DNA of 63,345 bases, the filler included, from Octopus bimaculoides (Eukaryota): the NCBI RefSeq assembly GCF_001194135.2. It is 4 parts of 4 records of this genome, joined end to end, with 100 filler letters (N's around TTAATTAATTAA, not from the genome) between each part and the next. Parts side by side here need not be neighbours in the genome. Positions count along the whole stretch, not along the records: positions 43,677 to 63,345 come from NC_068988.1; 3 more parts are not named here. One strand, written 5' to 3'. A model generated the notes under the pieces. That model was not told the DNA's origin, made no database searches, and saw only the letters and a program-made list of their open reading frames with translations. Both the position numbers and the translations under genes were made by a program. Positions 51,146-63,345 of the stretch are shown here, piece after piece. Positions within the stretch are counted from its first letter, which is position 1. Every line of letters starts with the position of its first letter.

Positions 51146-51899
51146 ATATCAATATTTTATTCTGTGATCGAGTATAGCGTTAACAAATTCGATTGCGAAA
51201 ATTGCAATATTGACTACAAGTATTTGTAATTCCTGCTATATATTGCTTCGTATGTGGCACACTATTTGTACAGTTCTGTTAAAGTGAGTCGTAATAATAT
51301 TACAAGTATTAGGTTAAAATTTTAAACATTACTGGCCGAAATTTCTCTCACATTTAAAATTTCCATTAACAGCTTAGTTAAATCCGAGAATGCTTGAATA
51401 TTTTTTTTTGCTAAATGTGGTCTTTTATGCTTTAGTATACATTTACATTAGTTTCTAAGGTACTTTAAAACCCACGGCAGTCTAAATCCTGTATTAAATA
51501 ACTCGTTTAAAATTAAACATTACTGACAAAAAGAGAAAAGTAAAGTAAAAGATTCACAGCCACGTGTCTTTCAAGATACAATTCAATGCAGGTTGGATTT
51601 ATAATTCTAAATGTCGTAATGTCATCAGGATCTAAAAATAAATAAATTTCAGCTTCATGTGTAATTTAAGAGATGTAAACTTATTATTTATTTAGAAGCA
51701 TTAGTTCAACCCTGCATTTATTGAGATTGGGTAGTTGATTATAAAATACCGTAGGCTCAGAAAAAGAATTTTTTTTTCTGCATTAAATGTAGTATAGAAC
51801 TGAATGTTTGTAAAATGCTTGAAGGTTTTAATATATTTGTTTCAAATAAAATTATTATTATCATTACTTATTATCCAAATGATAAGATGACAGGTTTAG

Positions 51900-52082
51900 A
51901 CATTTATTCTAGCCCTTCACATTTTGAGTTAAAATTCCGTCGAAGTCGGCTTTGTCTTTCATCATTTCGGTGTCGATAAATTAAGTACCAGTGATACACT
52001 GAGATCGACGCAATCGAATTGTCCCCTCCCTCAAATTTCAGGCCTTGTGTCTATAGTAGAAAGGATTATTATTATTATTAGA
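51900..52082 (+). mobile_element. Family B SINE 3' part with (ATT)n tail
   Basis: gagttaaaattccgtcgaagtcggctttg...ggccttgtgtctatagtagaaaggattattattattatta. Confidence 0.8.
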
Positions 52083-52224
52083 GCTACATGTTACGGTTGA
52101 GGGTAGAAATCCACGGTGCCACATGTGTGGAGAAATGGGCTACTCGGATAACTTTCATCCCCTAACAGAAGACAGGGTATCATAGAACCTCTTATTACCA
52201 ATGCCACGTCCCCAAAATCTCAAG

Positions 52225-52450
52225 AAATAAACCAGCAACGATCATCAATAAAAAAGCATCAACCCAGGCAACAACGGCATCATCAACAATAGGAACAGTA
52301 ACATCAGCAATTGCTGGAAGATCACCAGAACCAGCAAGAACACCAGCACCAGCAACAACAGCACCAACGGCAATACAATCAAGACCAACAGCACCAGCGA
52401 CATATATATATCGTCACCACATTCAACAGCAGAAAGAATAAAAACAACCT
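52225..52450. repeat. Degenerate (CAA/CAG)-rich low-complexity tract
   Basis: Directly visible. It gives the spurious Q/H-rich ORF. Confidence 0.7.
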
Positions 52451-52923
52451 TCACACAACACCCAGGGACTCCCCCAACGAAGCTGTCCCTCTCCCTCTCC
52501 GTCTTATATCCTCAACGCCTCGAAATTGCTGGATTTGGGCCAAAATTTGAAACCATTATTACTAGTATTACTTCATGTCTGTATTATATATTATTACTTC
52601 ACGAATCATCGAGATTGAAGACTTTAAAAAACATATAAAAAGGTACTTGAGAATCGAGAATTGTTGTTTGTTACACTAGAAAACATTAATCGTTTCAAAG
52701 ACTGAAAATCACGTTCACACAATTTACACAAAATATTTGACAGGAGTTGTGATCAGCATGCATATTCCGCGAATCCTCACACTCTTTGTTTTTTTTTGTT
52801 TTTTTGAATGAAATGACTGGTGTAGTTAATGGAAAACAAGAAGAGGATTTAGTTCAGCGTTATCCATTAGTTTTATTGTTGCTCTTTCATTGTAAATACT
52901 GGACTCAATTTCCTGTTTTCTAG

Positions 52924-52964
52924 ATACCTGATACTGCAGAAGTAATTATTTCCAGTCAAAGCTG
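52924..52964 (+). other. Candidate 41-nt exon
   Basis: tttcctgttttctag|atacctgat...caaagctg|gtatgt. Only one frame is open (IPDTAEVIISSQS+tg). Confidence 0.3.
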
Positions 52965-53419
52965 GTATGTGGCATATTGAAGAATTATCTTATCCTCTAG
53001 CTACCTAGTTCATTAATGAATCACTATGATAAGCACTCTATAGTCGACAAATGGTGAAATTGTTATTCAATTCAGGTATCTACAGAAATACATACTACGT
53101 TCAAACCTCGTTACGTCTACACCGTCACAACTCTCAGACAATTATGCGAAAATGCATGACTAAAAGAAAATCAAACAAAATATATAAATAAATACGTTTT
53201 CCACTGAATATGGCTTCATTCTACGCTGCTGTTCATCATAGAGATAATATTTGAAAATATATTATATTAATTAGAAATAGCAACCAAAATCCCACCTACT
53301 AGGTCGATCACTTCTGTTCATTATAAGTTATACATTATATATATATACAAACACAAACGTACACATACATACTCGCACAAGTGCGCCCACACACACATAC
53401 ACACATGCAAACACACAAT

Positions 53420-53461
<42 letters not shown>

Positions 53462-53664
53462 CACGTACGCACGCACTCACGCACGCACGAACGCACGCAC
53501 GCACGCAAACAAAAACATCTACGTCTTGCGCTGAAGATAGTCAATTAAATATCATAGTGATTTCAAGAGCTGCTTTTGTTCCCCTTCCACAAGCACCATC
53601 TTCGTCCGTATACATACATACATACATACATACATACATACATACATACATGCATGCATACATA

Positions 53665-53850
53665 CAGCCACTACACATTCTTTTTTACTCTTCTTATTTC
53701 TCTATTTGTTTCTTTCTGTATTCCTTTCTATGAAAGAGCGTAGGCTCGAAACGTTAAAAACTTTTTCATTTCATGTTATACTAATACATCTGTTTGTTTT
53801 CTACACCACCTGTCTTCCTCTTTTGTTTCTGTCGTGAATTATCCCCACCT
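53665..53850 (+). mobile_element. Penelope-type short repeat with a decayed hammerhead-like motif
   Basis: cttt-ctatgaa-a-gagc(gtag)gctc-gaaacgtt-aaaa at 53724-53760, homologous to 8170-8335. Confidence 0.6.
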
Positions 53851-56469
53851 ATATATATATATGCGTCTGTGTGTATGTGCATGCATGTACGTATGTATGT
53901 ATGATGTTTCTTTGAGTTTTATTTAAGTTTTAAGAGAGTTTAAGTCGGTCGCTAACAAAGTGACACGACTTTTTCAGTTAAGAGAGTTCCCAGTGTTTGT
54001 AAAATTGTGGTTGACTCGTGTGTTGATTGAGTTGTTGATGCTCACACCCACGTGTGTGCATCTATTCACTTAAATAATCTCTATGGAGAATTTTTGTAAT
54101 GTTTTACAAACCTTCACTATGCTACTAATAGATTGGATTTGGAGAATCTGCGTCAATTTCTCTTGCCCTTGCTTCCTATCCACAAAAATTTTAACATCAG
54201 CAAGTTAACAGAGGGAGTGGTGATCCCAAAGAAAAACACTTACATTTGTTTCATCGGAGATAAACAGGCATTCCCTTGTCATTTATTTAAAGCAGCGAAT
54301 CAGTTTCGACCGTTTCACCGATGAGTCTCTTCTTCATAAAATGTAAAATTATAATGAACTAATTCATCTATGCTTTTGCTAATCGTAAGTCTTATAAACA
54401 ATCGGACATTAGAGGTGAATACGCCTAAATACTTGCTAAATACTTGATGTAGTTTTCCGTTTCTTAATTTACTAGAAATTATACTCTGAGAAATTATCCA
54501 TATGGGTGCTACGAACTAACAGAGCACTCGTCAATTTTTTCAGCTAAACCACTGTCTACTGGGGTAACAGCTACCATCCATGAGTATCGATTTACAGCAA
54601 GATTGCCTTCAACTGTGAAAGTTCAGACTATTGGATATGGACACCATGTGAAGACTTTAGTAGTTACGTGCTGTTCATATTTTGGCAAGTTGTCTCACAC
54701 TCGGATATTCGTAGCGCCTCCTAATTCTTTATTATTATTTTTCAATTATGGTTTGCTCTGTGGGAATGGTGTGGCTACGGTCATTGTAGGCTACCATACA
54801 CCGGTAATATCGACTTGGTTGATTTCCATTAGAAGTTGTTTTAACAGCTGCAAAAACAAACAAATATGGATGTGAAGGGAGTTCCAGATAACATTTAGGA
54901 GGAAAAGACTGCTAAACACGGCTAATAAGAGGAGCGCAATAGGGAACAAGAAGAAGAAACATAAGTGAGTCATATGTTCCTAATTAGAGGAAACAAGATA
55001 TGAGTCAGCTCCGAAGAACAGAGACCTAGTAGTGATAGCAAAGCGGAGTGATGAAGTAACATAGGTTGCAAGGTGTTAGTAATATTGTTGTTGATGTCGT
55101 TACGTGGATCCTTGTGAGCATAGCCAAACAGGCATATGGCATTGATAAAGTCGATAGATACAGACTGACTAGATAAGCCATAACACATTTTTTGTCTGAT
55201 GTAATGCATTTAGAACTACATTATCCAATGTAACCTTCCAATTTCAGTGTGGTTGGATGTGATTCGATGCAGGTTTTGATGCTTGTTTTAGCAGATCAGG
55301 CGATGACATACAGTCTCTTTGATTGGCTTGATGTTATAAGATAATTATGAGTTGCCTAGTGTAACAATCAGTTCCAGGACTAAGTTTACCTTTACTTTAT
55401 GTAGCTAATGGGATTAAGAACGCTACGTACATAATTTAATGTAATTTCCCCGCTCCTGGAAACACAATGTTCCTCAGCGATTGTAATAAATCAATATTAA
55501 GCACCTAAATGCGAATAATCGATCCAAATTTGAAGATATATACTCTGAAATAGAATGTCAAGTGAATGTCTTTATTTCATTCAAATCAAGTAGAAATATT
55601 CTCTCGTTGATTAGTTAAGACATTCGAAAGTGTAAATTTAGTGAAATCAGACCAACTTTAGAAATGTCTCAGGAATTTCGCGTAAAATATAGTGACTTTA
55701 ATGAAATCAGTTCATTTATTATGTATTGTTGATTGGATGGCTGACCCAAACCTGTAAGGCAGTGACATTTGTCAACGATGAACCTTCTGTACATATACTA
55801 ATGATTGCCACAGAATTCATGTTACATTATCATCAGTGATTCACACCAACTATAAACACACTTTATCAAGAAAAGTATTTCAAATGAAAGTATTTATGCA
55901 TCGTATGTTATATAACCGTAGACCGCATTAGAAATATACTTTTAATAAAGCTAGGCAGTAAAGTTAGGAAAGAAATAATATTTAGAACCCCGGTATTTAC
56001 GATTTGACTCTGATTTTGGACAGATACCATAATTAACTTGTCTTATATATAAAGTAGCCAATTAATTTGTTGGTCGAAAGTGTATAATTATCAAATACTT
56101 TGTGGGTACATATGTTGCAGTATAGATGCATAGTGAAGGCAGTATTAATACCACAAGTTTCATCTATTTGGGATTTACTTTAAGTCATCAATATTCCTTA
56201 GGTCATTTAAGTATTGTTTTCCTTTCATAGACAAAGATTCAGAGCAACAGAACGACTATTTTTCAGTTTCCTTTTAGATTTGATGTCTAGCAACACCAAT
56301 TAAAAGAAATGTACAGGTCCTACCCAGTGTGAATGAGTGAGTATGATGTATGATGTATACTTAGATGTGTATGTGTGTGTATGAGTATGTGTGTGTGTAT
56401 TTGTGTGCTTGTGTGTGTTTATGTGTGTGTGAGTCTGCGTGTGTGTGTGTCTATGTATGCGTTTATGTG

Positions 56470-56800
56470 AAGGATCGTATAAACATTCTGTAGCGTCGAA
56501 AAATGCTTGCCAGCATTTCTTCTGGCCCTCTACGTTCTGAGTTCAAATTTCAGTGACATCTACTTTACCTTTCATCATTCCCAGTTGAGCCCTGGGGTTG
56601 ATCTAACTGACTTACTCTCTTTGTTGGAATTGTTGCTCTTGTGCCAAAATTTCAAACCGTTATTTAGCGAAGTTTGAACCCATGATTGGGTTATTTTTCC
56701 TCACCTCGGGGGTCGAGAAATTAAGTACCAGTTGCATACTGGCGTCGATCTGATCGACGAGTCCCATCCCCCAAAATGTTGGGCCTTGTGACTAGAGGAG
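56470..56800 (+). mobile_element. Two tandem decayed family B SINEs
   Basis: aaaatgcttgccagcatt...gttctgagttcaaattt..., then ggggtcgagaaattaagtaccagttgcatactgg...gggccttgtgactagaggag. Confidence 0.75.
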
Positions 56801-56867
56801 AAAAAATATAGAATATATCAGTGAAAGGTACAAATACGCGTTTACGCATATACCATATGTTAATGCA

Positions 56868-56939
<72 letters not shown>

Positions 56940-59229
56940 TGTGTGTATGTGTGTGTATGTGTGTGTGTGCGTGTGTGTGTGTATGTGTGTGTGTTGGGGG
57001 TGGGGTGCATTTAATATGTGCGCGCGTGCGCGCGTGTATACATGCATATGTGTATAACCACGCGTATATGTTTATATTTATATCTATATAACGGAAATCT
57101 TCCGGCATAGAAATATCTAGTCATGAGATATTGTCGAAGCCAACGTTATGTTAGAAGTCGTACACGACCAAAGCCAAGCATTACAGGATCGTTTCGAAGT
57201 ATATACTCGAACCTGCACATTGAATGTGGGCCATTTGATTTAAGTTACAAAACGTGTACACGGTCACTCGTTAATTTAATAAAAAAAAAAAAGAAATTAA
57301 TCTTTTCAAGCTAAAATATTAATTTTGTTGTTGTTGTTGTTTGTTATAAATAACTTTCAAGACATTTTCAGAAATTAATTATTCTTCTAGCAGAAGATAG
57401 AGTCATCAAATATCTGCTCATTAAATTTTCTTTATTAAAAAGAACGGAAATTAAACTAATAAATTGTGTTTTGCTTGATGTGTTCTTGTCTCATGAATGA
57501 AAGAATGTTTCCTTTAAAGCAGAATATCGTTTTGGCGGAAGTTGCTTTGGCTGTTGATGTTGTCCTTGTTATGGCTGTTGTTTTTTGTTAAATATCCTTG
57601 GAAGTAAAATTGATGGGTTTTTTTTCTCCCCAAAAGCTTTCTGTTATTGACGTTGTTGTTGCTGTTGTTGTTACTCTTGTTATTATTTAACTCCCTACGA
57701 ATAGTCATACTGAACACAAGATTGCATTATTCAATACTTCGATCTTTCCTAAGACATTAGCGAATGTATTTGATGTAGTTCGGCTGCTGTTTCTAATTGG
57801 TCATACGAGCAAGTCAAATATTCTGGGCCGAACCATTCTTCTTTTTCTCTTTTGCTGTCGTTTTTGTTTGGGTATCCTTAAGCCAGCTCTGCTCGCGGAG
57901 ATCGAAGATAAAAGACTTTCCAGCCGTGAACATCCTGTTTTTCCTAGGCAAAGTACACAAGACCACAGTAATTAATGTGTTTGATCTTTTTCGAAGATGG
58001 TAGAGTGTGATTTGAGGGAGGTTTACCTGTTCTCACTCGTAGATTCTGAGACACATAAACAATTCTGTTGAACAGTTTTGTAAGAAGTCTTATTACGGGT
58101 GCTGTTTGTTAGTGTTTAGAGACTGATCAACCCTCATCATGCAAGCAAATGATCAAAAGTGTTCCAGCTGTAGTCATCCTGTCTTTTATTTGAAACATAA
58201 AGCCCTAAAGGCCACAATATTTAATGTATCCTTATTTTCTTAGATAGCAGAGTTGTATTGCCTTGATATATTCAAAGCTTAGATACTTAGATACTCCCTT
58301 GTTTTCGTTCTATAAAGAATAGTTATATTTCGGGAAATTCAAAAGTGGTTTAATGTCTTCTGTGAAAATGTAAATCTAACTCTACCTAACATTGTTGTTT
58401 AACTACCAGTCAATAGTGATTAAGTAGACGTCTAATAAATGACGTCCAAAACTACAGCATTATCTAATGTCTTCCCTTAATTATGTTTCGATTGGACATG
58501 ATATGATGAAAACTGAGATATTTTTATTCGCAGTTTGAGTGATCACGAAGAAAGTCTCCCGTTAGTTCGATAAAACCTTATACAGAAAAGTTTGGTAATG
58601 TTATAAATACTCGTTGTTGATGTAATTGTCTTTGTTTTAATTTTATAAATGTGATATTCTAAAATCACACTTTTAAAATAAAGTGTGATTGTTTTGGAAT
58701 AAGATGCAGGATTTTTTTCTTTCTATAAGAAAATCCATGGCTGAAACAAATAACACGTACTTCGTGAAAAGGAAAATAATCTAAATAAAGAGACAGACGT
58801 CATTCTTCAGTTTCTGCTAGTAAAATAAGAAATATATAATTGGGAACAAGAATTATACGTTTCTATGCGACGTTCACATTTACAGATACACTACACACTC
58901 AAAATGCAGCCACCACAAAATACATTTAGCATATGGAAGGACATTGGCAATGAACAAAAAGATGCTGTTCTTTCTTTCTCCAGTGATTCGGTCTGGGAGC
59001 CCGAATCTCTCCAAAGTCAACAAGAGCTACGTTGCATGATTTTTTGACATTATTATTGTCTACATTATGCATCAGTATTACTAACAATAGAATTTTCTGA
59101 TTGTCATTATTTTAGAGTGCCCAATTGCTCTTAAGAAAAATGAGAGGTCCGTTGCAGTTGGGAATGCACAAAGCAACATAAGGTCTATGATTTTTCTATG
59201 GCTACCGAAGAATCTGCTGGCATCGAACA

Positions 59230-60345
59230 TGTTTGTGAAGTCGCAATTCATCTTTTTCGATGTTCTATCCAAATGTCCATCGGACCGTTTGTAATATTAA
59301 GACGCCTTAAGACGGTGAGCTGGCAGAAACTTTAGCACGACGGGCGAAATGCTTAGCGCCCTTTCATTCTTTCAGGGTCGATACTGAAATTTGTATTTTT
59401 GTTATCACGTATATACAGTAGTTGCATACTGGGGTCAATCTAATCGACTGGATCCCTCCCCCAAAATTTCGGGCCTTGTGCCAAGAGTAGAAAAGAATAT
59501 TAAGACGCTCTCAATAGCAGGAAAAGTAAAGAAATTCGTTTTGTGACATGATTACTTTCTGTTATTCAAGTCTATAATGACTTGATTTCAGATCCGATTT
59601 AAAATCCCCAGATCTTTTTCTTTTGATAACTACTGCACTATATCATTTACCGGTATTCAACAAGGTGACTCTTCGAGCTCTTCACTGTTTGCTACGGTCA
59701 TTGACGACTTTCAGATAAGTGTTTCATTGAACTACTGACTTGAACATCTGGTACTTAGTCATTGCGTTCATTGAAAAAAATACTCACTTCTGGATTAATC
59801 GATAAAGATTTATAAATCTTAGTGGGCTATAATCCTCAGTATTAGTGACACAAATGGGAATTATTATTTAACATTTAGCTTTCATGAAGAGTCCTTGAAA
59901 TGAAACAAACATTTCAAATAACATTTCAATTAACTTGCTTTCCAAATCTTGTTGACTGTTATTTAGACGAGCATCTCTCACCAAATATTCTAACATGACT
60001 CTTTTACCCGATGAGCCAGCACTTATAAAACTTCTGATAAGTAATCACCAAGATCTAGTGAAGCCACCATTTTCTTCATTATTCGCCATTGCTCTCGTAT
60101 TCTAATGCTAACATATATCTTAAGATATACAGCTTTCATTCTTTGGCCGCCCAAATAGAGTTTGACCGCCACAGTTTTAAACATAGATACTACGGATGTC
60201 TGCTAGTCCAGCAAACCTACTCATTCTTTCATGGGCACAGAAATCAGATCTGCTTCTGATTGTGTCCCACCATACTTCTTGACAACCATTTACCCTTAAC
60301 GCGTTGTTTACGAGTAAGAAGGGAAGAACATAATTTTTTAATAGC
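59230..60345 (-). mobile_element. Highly decayed CR1-clade LINE RT/C-terminal remnant
   Basis: Collinear frameshifted motifs TRKQRVK/VNGC, VKLY....K.VYLKI, DLG..LSE.L, FVSLIL, KTNFFT and YKR.DGH, matching CR1 RKQRV..NG / VKLYADD / RDLG / FVRP.LEY / RK.FF. Confidence 0.5.
59306..59495 (+). mobile_element. Family B SINE with 13-bp TSD, an internal deletion and a foreign 39-bp patch
   Basis: aatattaagacgc at 59293-59305 and 59496-59508. Head aagacggtgagctggcagaaactttagcacg. Confidence 0.88.
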
Positions 60346-60372
60346 TTCACGCTATAAAGGACAGCTTTTATA

Positions 60373-61266
60373 TGAGGTGGTATCAAAACGTCAACGAGCT
60401 AGTTCTGTAGCGCACCAACAGATAGCAGCACACATTTGCAGGCGCAGTGAGGACCAGCAGTGACCTCCCTGAGACAATGTGCTAAGTGATATTACTGTGT
60501 TTACTTTGCAAGCTGTGAAATTTGTATTTTTGTTATCACGTATATACAGTAGTTTACGATTTTGTCAGTTAGGAATAAAAAAACAACTTTAAATTTTGCG
60601 TTAACCTTGAGAAGTCTGCTATAGAGACACTGAGCATACCTCGGCGAGGTTACGACAACGAGGCATTGAGTCGCATGCAATATTTCAAGTGGCACGAGTG
60701 CTTACAAAGCGAAGAATTTCCCTGGATGACTCCGAACTATCTGGAACACCCGCCAATTGGATCACCTCCGGAAATGTGGTTTTGTGCATCAAGAATTCGC
60801 CCCCCAGGACCAGACTGTTAATCGAGAATTCTATTGCTACGTTTAGAAGTGTTTGAGGGCGGCCATTCGGCGAAAGCGACAGGATCTGTGGAGCGCGGAG
60901 AATTGGATTCCTCACTGATCGCTCTTCACTCGTGAGTTTCTCGGCAAAAACAACATGGTATCGCTTCTGCACACGCCCTATTCACCAGATTTAGCACCTG
61001 CAGGCTTCCATCTCTTCTTCAAGATCAAAATACAGGTGAAAGGTCGCCGTTTTAGCACTGTGTTTTTGAGATCAAGATCAAATCACAGAAGCTCCTCGAC
61101 TCGCTTACAAAAAAACGACTTCGTGGCCGGATTCCAAAAGTCGCAGGAACGCTGGCTCCGGTGTACAGCTGTGCAAGGTGATTATTTCGAAGGAGATGAT
61201 GTTAAAACTTAGGTAATTAAGTTATTTATTTTATTAAACATCGCTAGACCTTTTGACACCACTTCG
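60373..61266 (+). mobile_element. Internally deleted mariner element with both TIRs
   Basis: ta|tgaggtggtatcaaaacgt ... accttttgacaccacttcg|ca. The remnant ORF HTPYSPDLAPAGFHLFFKIK carries the mariner YSPDLAPxD motif with the catalytic D lost. Confidence 0.9.
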
Positions 61267-61393
61267 CAGGTCTTTCTCATAATTTTTGAGAGTGGAAAAA
61301 AAAACGCGGAATGTATTTATCTTCAGGTTAGAAGTCTTTCCTGAATAGAAAATATTCTCACTGGCTTCCATACAGTTCCCATCTACTAAATTT

Positions 61394-61457
61394 CCATCCA
61401 TCCATCCATCCATCCATCCATCCATCCAGCCATCCATCCATCCATCCATCCATCCAT
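61394..61457. repeat. (TCCA)n microsatellite
   Basis: Directly visible. Confidence 0.95.
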
Positions 61458-62274
61458 CTTCTATGCTAACTCTTCGCGGGAATGGCCATAAGGGCCGAGA
61501 CCTCAGGCGCCTCTTCTGTACGGTCCTGCCAGAAGCATCTGTCCTTTGACTTGATTCTCATGCATGACTAACCGAGACTCTGAATATTATCCAGCTATCT
61601 CGTTCTTTGTCTACTCCTATGTTTCCTGCCAATTGGCTCGGCTTGAAGAATCCTTCAAGGGATTCAATCTACTGAATTTCATCCACAAATATTTTATTCA
61701 ACCCCTTGCTATTGTACTCGTTACTTTCTCGACGCGAACTCACAATAGTTACCAAATAAACTGCTAAATCACACAGATATTTTCATTGCAGCAGTTTGTG
61801 GTCCTCTTGATATAAAAAAAAATCGTGAGTTTTGATGTTATGATTCACCAAAGTCTTTTATTTCATAATTTTAAAATTAATTAATTCAAGATTTCTATTT
61901 TATGGCACAAAATTGCTGCAAACCTTTTTTATTATTATTTACTCATGTGTTAGCTTTCGTCATTTTGTCATTCTCTCATCATTCATTCATTCATTCATTC
62001 ATTCGCTTAGCGTATCTTTCTCTTTTCTTTCTTTGTTTCGTTCTCTATTTCTTTCTTTGTTTCTTCCTTGGTTTCTCTTTCTTTATCCTGTTTTCTTTGA
62101 TTTTTTCTGTATCTTTCTTTCTTTCGTGTTTGCAGTTGACCTTAATTCACAGTATGGTTTGGAATTTATTACACACACGCTCAAAAGTGTGCTTAGGCTC
62201 ACGAAAACATACACTCGTGTGTTCGTACACGCTGCAGACACATGCATGTGTACGTGCGCAAATGCACGCGCTCG

Positions 62275-62305
<31 letters not shown>

Positions 62306-62309
62306 ACAA

Positions 62310-62341
<32 letters not shown>

Positions 62342-63304
62342 ACACACTCACACTCACACTCACACATACATACTGCATAAGGAAACATCAACACAATAAA
62401 TCATATACAAATCATATACAAGCACATATACACACATACATATGAATGTTCAAACAATCATCCATTCATTGATACAATAATACATTCAAACACATACACA
62501 AAAGGCACATACAAGAAGATAGACACATGACAATACAGACAGATACACGCGCGCCTGCGCCCAAATGCAATGGAACAATCTCCCATACACGTACACAAAC
62601 TTACACAATCCCATACAAATGAGATGATATGGGTGCAGTTAATTGAGTGGCTAGTATTAGCAACCAAATAACCCTCAAATTGCATTTTGCCTGCGTGAAA
62701 ATACAGGGACACAGATTATTATTAACATATGTGAATATCATATCTTTCAACATTTTATGTATGCTAACGTATTCTTCATGCTATTTCTAAGATCATCCAA
62801 GTAACGAGTAAACATTAATGTGAAAAGCAGCCTTGGACTATTTCGTTTGACAGAAAGTGGATCCCACATTATGTCACCATTTTAATCTGATGTTTCTGGT
62901 TAGGCTTTATCGAACTCGAAATCGATTAGAAGATTTCAGTCCGCTACGTGTGGACTTTAAGGTGTTTGTCAAATTTTTATATTTGCTTTTATTTTATATC
63001 TGGCAATTTCAGATAATTTACCAGTCTTTCTTTCTGTACATTGCATGGAGGGTAGATTCATTGGAAATAGCTTTTTGAAAAGGGGGTATTTGGAAGCAAT
63101 TTTTTAATTTTAATTTTCTTCGAATTTGTTGATTACTATATAATGAGGCATGGCTTCCATCAAATATCAGATTTGTTTACAAGATCTTCTTGAATGAAAC
63201 ATCTCTACTGGAATCATGGAGCTAATAGCAATCCACAGCTAAAGATTATTAACAACCTCTCATAACAACCAGTTATAAATCGGCATCCCCTTTGAAAATG
63301 GTGT

Positions 63305-63345
<41 letters not shown>

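Noticed and set aside
54550-55250. Hydrophobic readings resembling a GPCR (VFTWCPYPIV), a Gypsy RNase H motif (QGVSNIVVD) or a minus-strand terminal exon at ~54855
   Set aside because: Multiple stops in all frames and mutually inconsistent single motifs. It cannot be assigned without a profile search.
62000-62155. Very long polypyrimidine tract ending tttgcag
   Set aside because: Only a weak donor (gtatgg) 16 nt later and no supporting frame. The tract may be decayed (TTTC)n.

Overview
AT-rich, heavily gapped animal genomic scaffold. By inference it is a coleoid cephalopod, most likely Octopus, judged from the tRNA-derived SINE families, Dong/R4 LINE load and extreme microsatellite density. 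No intact protein-coding gene is visible, and nearly all long ORFs in the supplied track are microsatellite or N-gap artefacts. The window is a patchwork of microsatellites, at least three tRNA-derived SINE families and decayed transposons. These include three R4/Dong-clade RLE LINE fragments, a CRE-clade RLE fragment, a Penelope-like element, CR1 and RTE remnants, an Academ(X)-like transposase remnant, several Tc1/mariner derivatives and a hAT MITE. The most interesting signals are: (i) a head-to-tail stack of (TAA)n-embedded retroelements at ~19.9-22.8 kb, including a ~460-bp non-coding element with a second copy at 28 kb; (ii) minimal hammerhead-ribozyme-like motifs in a Penelope-type repeat; (iii) a well-bounded exon at 43113-43267 encoding a signal-peptide-like 43-aa ORF that stops 4 nt before a strong donor; (iv) a 39-bp templated patch inside a SINE that is identical to a mariner copy 1.1 kb away. 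Family names come from motifs recognised by eye, not database searches, and most repeat boundaries are approximate.
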